Positions 58,012 through 64,000 of a DNA stretch of 64,000 nucleotides are shown in pieces. The stretch comes from Podospora anserina (Eukaryota): contig CM030337.1 of NCBI GenBank assembly GCA_017654855.1, positions 3,162,001 to 3,226,000 on the forward strand, read 5' to 3'. The notes beneath the pieces were generated by a model. The model was given only the letters and a program-made list of their open reading frames with translations. It was not told where the DNA came from and did no database searches. Made by a program: the position numbers and the translations under genes. How positions within the stretch are numbered: the stretch's first letter is position 1; each line of letters starts with the position of its first letter.

Positions 58012-61000
58012 ATGGGACTGGGTACACCAAAAGCTGGCTTTGGGGGATTCGGAGGGGTCGCATCAACTTCGCCAACACTGTCCTATCTTACACCTCCACC
58101 CGACTTCTCGGAAATCCCATTAGAGGTAGTTGTGTCCTTTAAGAGCCTGTTGAAGAAGGCAAGCGCCACCAAAGAGAAGGCGTTGCAAGACATCCTAGCA
58201 CATGAGCAAAACCGGTCCTCTGACACCAATGGCCCAGAGGAGTCAGTAATACAAGCATTTGTCAGTCCTAGCCCCCACTTGCCCTGTGTTTTGCAATGTC
58301 TAACTATAAATTACACAGGTCCAACTCTACCCTCGGCTATCCATCGATGACTCTGCAAGAGTACGCGAGCTTTCCCACCAAGTCCTGATCCAGCTGCTCA
58401 ACTCCGCAAAGAAGCGCATCGCGAAACACCTTCCACTGTTCGTAGGACCTTGGCTGGCTGGGACATTTGACAGAGACAGGCGCGTCTCCAAAGCCGCGAG
58501 CGAGGGGCTTGCTTCATTTCTACAAACCAAAGAGAAAGAGGTGGCTTTTTGGAAGTCTATTCAAGTCCGAGCCCTGGACTATGCGACGACTTCTTTGAAG
58601 GAAACGCCCACGTCGCTCAGTGATGAACGCTCGACAACCAAACAAGACTCTGATGCCAAGTACTACCGAGTAGTTGGCGCAAGTGTTTGCTTGACACTGA
58701 ATCTGTTGGCAAAAGGAGCACTTGATGCTCTGAAGGATGGCATTGCGGTGTACCTAGAGGTCGATGCGCTCTGGTCTTTGGCCAAAGCAGAAGATCCATT
58801 TGTACGGCGGTCATTCTATCATTTAATTCGATCAATCCTGGACACAGCCCCTGAGCTCTTGAAACCAAGACTGCAACAGTTAGGACGGGCGTTGATCGCA
58901 GACAGCTTCAAAGGCAACCAATCTGGGTCTGCAACAGACTTTCTCAAGGCGCTGACAACTTTGACCCGCCAATATTCCCAGGTATGGGGCACACAGCAAC
59001 ACCCCGTTCAGAGGCTGGAGAAGTTTGTCTCCCGTGGTTCACAAGGTGGATCTGATGAGTACTGGCGCGCTTCAAGCCAGCTCCTGTCGGTGCTGACAGA
59101 CAAGTTCCCGTCACCGTCGTTGGACATCGTGTCCGCGCTTCTGGGCTCCATTAGAAAGGGAATATTTGATCGGCTGGAAACCCGTTCTGGTCGCCAACAG
59201 GCGTTTGACATGTATGCACACGCTATCGAACTTTACCTACCAGCACTTGTACCGAACGCCGAGTTTGTGAAGGACAACGTCTCGTCTCTCACGCGACAGT
59301 TCTTGCACCCAAATCCTGAAGTCTCTACACCATCTCCACAACAGCCTGACATTCTTGTTCAGCTTTGGCAAGCTTTGGTTCGGCACCCCGGTAGTGAAGT
59401 CCGCCAGACCGCGGAATCACAGTGGCAAAATATTGTCGACGAGTTCCTCTCGAGAGTATCGAATTCCCTGCCTGAGGTCTCAGAACGGTACCAAGCCTCT
59501 CAGCTTGCAATAGCAGCGGAAGGGGAACGATGGTTTTCTATACTCTCCAGGTTTTCCAAAGCTGCATCCCTCCATGACCTTGCCGTCTCTTCGTCGACCA
59601 GTATCATACAAAGCGCTTTGGATTTGCTGCTCAGGCGAAACTTCAAGCCCTTTGGGTGTGCCGCCATCTTGCAGTCGGCATATCGACATTGCCCTGACAT
59701 TTACCGTGGCATCGACACGACATCCATGATCTTCCCAGCGAACGGAAACGAGCATGCACGAACTTTGGTCACAACCCCTTCACTGCCTTACATCATTTCC
59801 GACCTCCATGAAACAGCCGGCGATCGTCTTGAAGAAATTTGGGGCCTGCTTTTTGCGGCTTCTACCCAGATATCGGATCGCGGAGCAAGCATTTCGGCAG
59901 TCAAAACTTTGGTCTCGATACCCTCCACGTTCAAGTTTGTCCAGGACCTCCCTCAAGCCCAGCAGTTCCTCATCTCAGTGTGGTCAGAGTTTGCGAAATC
60001 TGATGATTTGGGTGCTCCTTGGGCCCAGCTAGCAGAAACCTCTTTGGACTTCAATACTTTGACAGTCGAGTCCATCAAAACAATTACTACCACCGTAATC
60101 GGCCTATTGGAGGAGCCATCGTCCCGTGCACCTGCACTTCAGGCCCTAGACTTGGTCCTTACACATGCGCCTGAGAGCTCCATCATTGACGACGATCTAT
60201 CGGTGCGCCTTATCACTACTTTGCTTGCCCTCACCGAGATTTCCGATACACCTATCGCCGAGAAGGCCAAAGGATTGTTCCAGTTGCTACAGCATCGGCC
60301 AACAGAGTCTCCACCACTTTTCAGAATCCTCGCCAGCCAGCTCCATGAAGCAGGTCCTGCATCTCTTGAGTATGTATTTGTTTCTCATCTTGGCGTTGGG
60401 ATCACTGTAGCTAACATGTCTAGCATCGACACATTGGTTGCTCAAGCGGTTGCCGCTGTCCAGTCCAAGGTCCTTCCAGCCGAGGATGTTTTTCCAAGTA
60501 CTGTGGCCTGGCAAACCGAGCTCTCCTGGTTCCTCAACACCCCCAATCCGTCTTTGTCGTTGACTAGCAGTATGGATGGATCGTACTTCCTCGTCCAGGG
60601 CAGCGAAAGTACGAACAAGCCGTCACCAGGTCGCGACAGCAAAGGCCGTTCTTCCCCTGCAAGAATGGCACTTTTCACGGCGAAGTTGCTATCATCCGGT
60701 GTCGAGCTCTCGTCTTTGCCTCTGGAGTTTCAGCTGGAACTGATCTATCTCCTCTGCGTGACTAACATGCTCGCGGCCGATCAGCTCGCACTGTCGGAGG
60801 AAAACCGGCTATGGAGGAACATCCGTGGTCAAGATACCGATGACGAGATTCTGGAGTACACAGAACTTGCCTCAAATGAGGTCAGCAACATTGTCGCTGC
60901 ATCTGTGAACTGGCGAGACCTTGACATGTCAGGAGACACCCTGGTAGAACGACTTGTCAACTTCATGCTCCAGACAGCCCTGGGCTTCAATGCTGCTGCC

Positions 61001-62966
61001 TTTTACACTGCCAAGGCTCTCGCTGCTCTCCTTCAAGCACTGGTCAAGGCTCATGGACCTTTGGCTAAGTTCGAGGAATGGCTGACCAAACTCGGTCTTT
61101 CCCGCGTCACACCTGACTCGACGTTTGTTGCAGCCGCTATACTTGTCGGTCTGAATGATGCATTGGCCTCTTCCAAGACCATCAGCACACTCTGTGCTCG
61201 CCTGTTCAGTGAGATCCCAGGATACTCCATTGGATCTCCCCGCACACTTCCATCGTTGGTCTTGCTGAATCTTTGCCTGGCTGTCTATGATGAGAGTCAA
61301 ATACCAGTGGAGCCACGCAAACAGGTTCTCGTGTTGCAGCAGGTGACCAAGTGGACCGACTCCCCAGAGGAGATGGACTACAGGCTTGCGGCTGAGACCT
61401 GCAAAGCCATAACTAAGATCTTCCCCAATGTCAAGGAGGTTTACGGACCATTTTGGGAGAAGTCAATTCAGTACTGTCTTTGGCTGTGGGGTCAGGCTGC
61501 GCGCGATGATACCAGCAATCGCCTCCCGTACATCTACGCATCGCTCAAGCTGATGCAAGCGCTAAAATCGGCTGAGGAGGTCAACGATGACCTTGAAGAT
61601 GCACTTGCAGAAAATAAAAGGGCCGAGTCCGAGGCCCTGATCGCCCTCCTGACTGTACCGCACGATGCGCCAGCCACACTGCCTAGTCAGCTTGTTGATG
61701 CACTCTTATCGCGGACGGTTTCGAAGATCCCCAACGTCAAGCTTGGCGAACTATCCGACGTTTACCAGGCAGTTGCGTCACCGTCTAGAGATATCCAAAA
61801 GGCTGCGTTTGGCCTTCTCCATCGGACTATCCCCGCAGCCCAGGAAGAAATCAGCGTTAATGTCATCATTGAGAAGAAGCGTGAGTCGGCTGCCCTTCTT
61901 AGTGTGCAATGCATTTGCTAACCATCCACTAGCTGCCAATCTTCCCGCTGAGCTTCTGTCGCTGCTCCTCAACGCACCGAGCCCCGATGACTATACGGAT
62001 GAAGAGCTTTACCAGTTTCCAGCTCCAGTCCGATCTTACCTTCTGACATGGCATCTAGTCTTTGATGCGTACAGCAAGGCTTCATACCGGGTTCGCAGCG
62101 ACTACACCGAGAATCTCAAGAAGGATGATCTCATCAGTCCACTACTGGGCTTCTTGGCCGACGTCCTTGGTCATGCTCTGGCCAGGGCCATTGACCTGGA
62201 CAAAGAAGGCTTCACGCCCGAGCATGTCCGCTCCTACAGCATCGACTTGGCTGACTCGGAACCTGCTGAGCGTGATATGAACTGGTTACTCATCCACCTG
62301 TTCTACCTGATCCTGAAGTATGTTCCTGGTCTGTTCAAGTCATGGTATCTTGACTGCTCTTCCAAGCAGACCAAGGTCGCGATTCAGTCCTGGATGGGTC
62401 GGTTCTTCTCGCCGTTGATCATTTCCGACCTGTTGGATGAAGTGACTGAGTGGTCTGCCAACCAAGGCGACCTCGAAGGCGGGACAGATGCGGAAGCCCT
62501 CGAGATCAAGGTTAACAAGCCTGTCCGAGAGATCACTGCCTCGTACCCGGTGGATGACGACTTTGGCATGATCCAGATCGTCGTGCCTCAGTCGTACCCG
62601 TTGGAGCCTGTCGATGTCATGAGCGTCAAGCGCGTGGCTATCAAGGAGGACAAGTGGCAGTCTTGGTTGAAGGGCATCAAAGCTGTCATTATGTTTGGCA
62701 ACTGTAGCTTGGTGGATGGATTGATGGCGTTCCGGCGAAATATCTCGCTTGCGGTGAAGGACCAGGAGGAGTGCGCGATTTGCTACTCGATCGTGGCGCA
62801 GGACAAGAGCTTGCCGGACAAGAAGTGCGGGACGTGCAATCACTACTTTCATCGGTATTGTTTGTACAAGTGGTTTCATAACAGCGGGAAGAATACTTGC
62901 CCGCTGTGCAGGAATCCGATTGACTATTTGGGGTCGGATACTTCGAAGAGGAAGGGGGGGAGGTAA
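58012..62966 (+). CDS. RKR1: E3 ubiquitin ligase listerin (Ltn1/Rkr1)
   Basis: LSYLTPPPDFS, KSLLKK..TKEKAL, YPRLSIDDS.RVR, SDER; C-terminal RWD-like region and RING ECAICYS..CGTC.H.FH..CL.KWF..CPLCR. Introns ~58261-58318, 60370-60423, 61881-61932. Confidence 0.96.
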
Positions 62967-64000
62967 ATGTGGGTGTTGGGGAACGGTGGAGGTACCTTGT
63001 GGAAGCGGGCTTGTGAAACGAATGTAGAAAGAATAGAGGGATATATTTACAGAAGTATGGGGGTGACAATGGTGGACGTGATGAACATGGCGGTGACGTT
63101 GCAAGGCAATGAAGGGTTAGGGTCACTGACGCCAAGCCCTTCTCTGTAGGATTTCACGATCTATGTCGTATTGGTGTCCTCCCGTGCCCCTTTCCAGATT
63201 CCTTTCTAACATGGTGTCCTTGACACAAGCAATATCCCTTCGCCGCTCCACAGCCACACTGACTCTATCCCGAGGATGGCTTGTTGGTTCCTGAGGTGGG
63301 ATCGTGATGCCTGAGGACAGCCGATGGGGCCCACTGTCAATGAACGCTACCAGTGGCTGACCCGCCATCGTCCTAATAACACGGCACTGAACTTCCCAAT
63401 TTGGATCCCGCTAACCTCATTTGCTCCGGCGTGCAACACTGAGGATCTTTTGTATCCGCCGTTGAGTCAAGCACCGAGGACCAGACCATAGTTTTGAGAG
63501 ACTATCGTGAGATATTCGTGCTCGGAAATGTGTACATATACGCCATTATCCGCAGTCATGGCAAAGAAAGCCTCACCCTCATGCACCATTACTATTAGCA
63601 GCAGTCAGCCATCAACCAGCCAATTAGGCTTCTTATCTTACACACATCTAATCTCACCGAAACTCAAAAACACCACATTAACATCCGCGACCATGGGTCT
63701 CCTCCGTAAACTCCTCGGCCGCAAGCCCAAAACCCCCAGAGCTCAAACCACAACCCTCACAAGCCCGAATCCGTTCCCAGACGAGGAAACCTTCGCGGCA
63801 GTCAAAGCCCACGTCATGGCCCGCGCGCGCGCCAACGCCTCCAACCCAGAATACATCGCGATGCAGCGCCACGTCGCCTTCTCGGCGCCCACGACCTTCT
63901 TGGAGGCGAATTACCCACCCGAGGAAAACAACCTCATCACTCCCATGGGGCCGATACCGACTGACGCCGGGGAGGGGATCAGGGTAGATGATGAGACTGT

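Noticed and set aside
63692-64000. Possible gene start MGLLRKLLGRK at the window edge
   Set aside because: The frame closes or shifts within about 100 codons and the window ends, so it cannot be supported.

Overview
Intron-containing filamentous ascomycete DNA; gene content and repeat types suggest a Sordariales fungus such as Podospora (inference). The left arm (1-12.5 kb) holds a laccase, a TauD-type dioxygenase, an UNC-93-like transporter, an intron-containing tRNA-Arg(UCU), an Mpv17/PMP22 protein, dihydroorotate dehydrogenase and a highly degenerate G-alpha-like protein. From about 12.6 to 35.2 kb lies a repeat-rich, RIP-scarred accessory island bounded by two 5'-truncated genes (SNF2 helicase, MYND protein). 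It contains an intact alpha/beta-hydrolase-NB-ARC-TPR NLR with about 17.5 near-identical 126-bp repeats, a decayed NACHT-C2H2-ankyrin gene, a secreted Cys-rich protein, a LINE, a Tc1/mariner relic and nested solo LTRs. At 41.4-48.3 kb is a mirror-symmetric cluster: broken and intact copies of an ADP-ribosyltransferase-like gene, a solo LTR, then intact and broken copies of a polytopic membrane protein gene. This is the best candidate for an undescribed toxin/partner system. The right arm carries an HEPDGKY-repeat protein and the listerin E3 ligase. Family assignments come from motif recognition by eye; no database searches were run.
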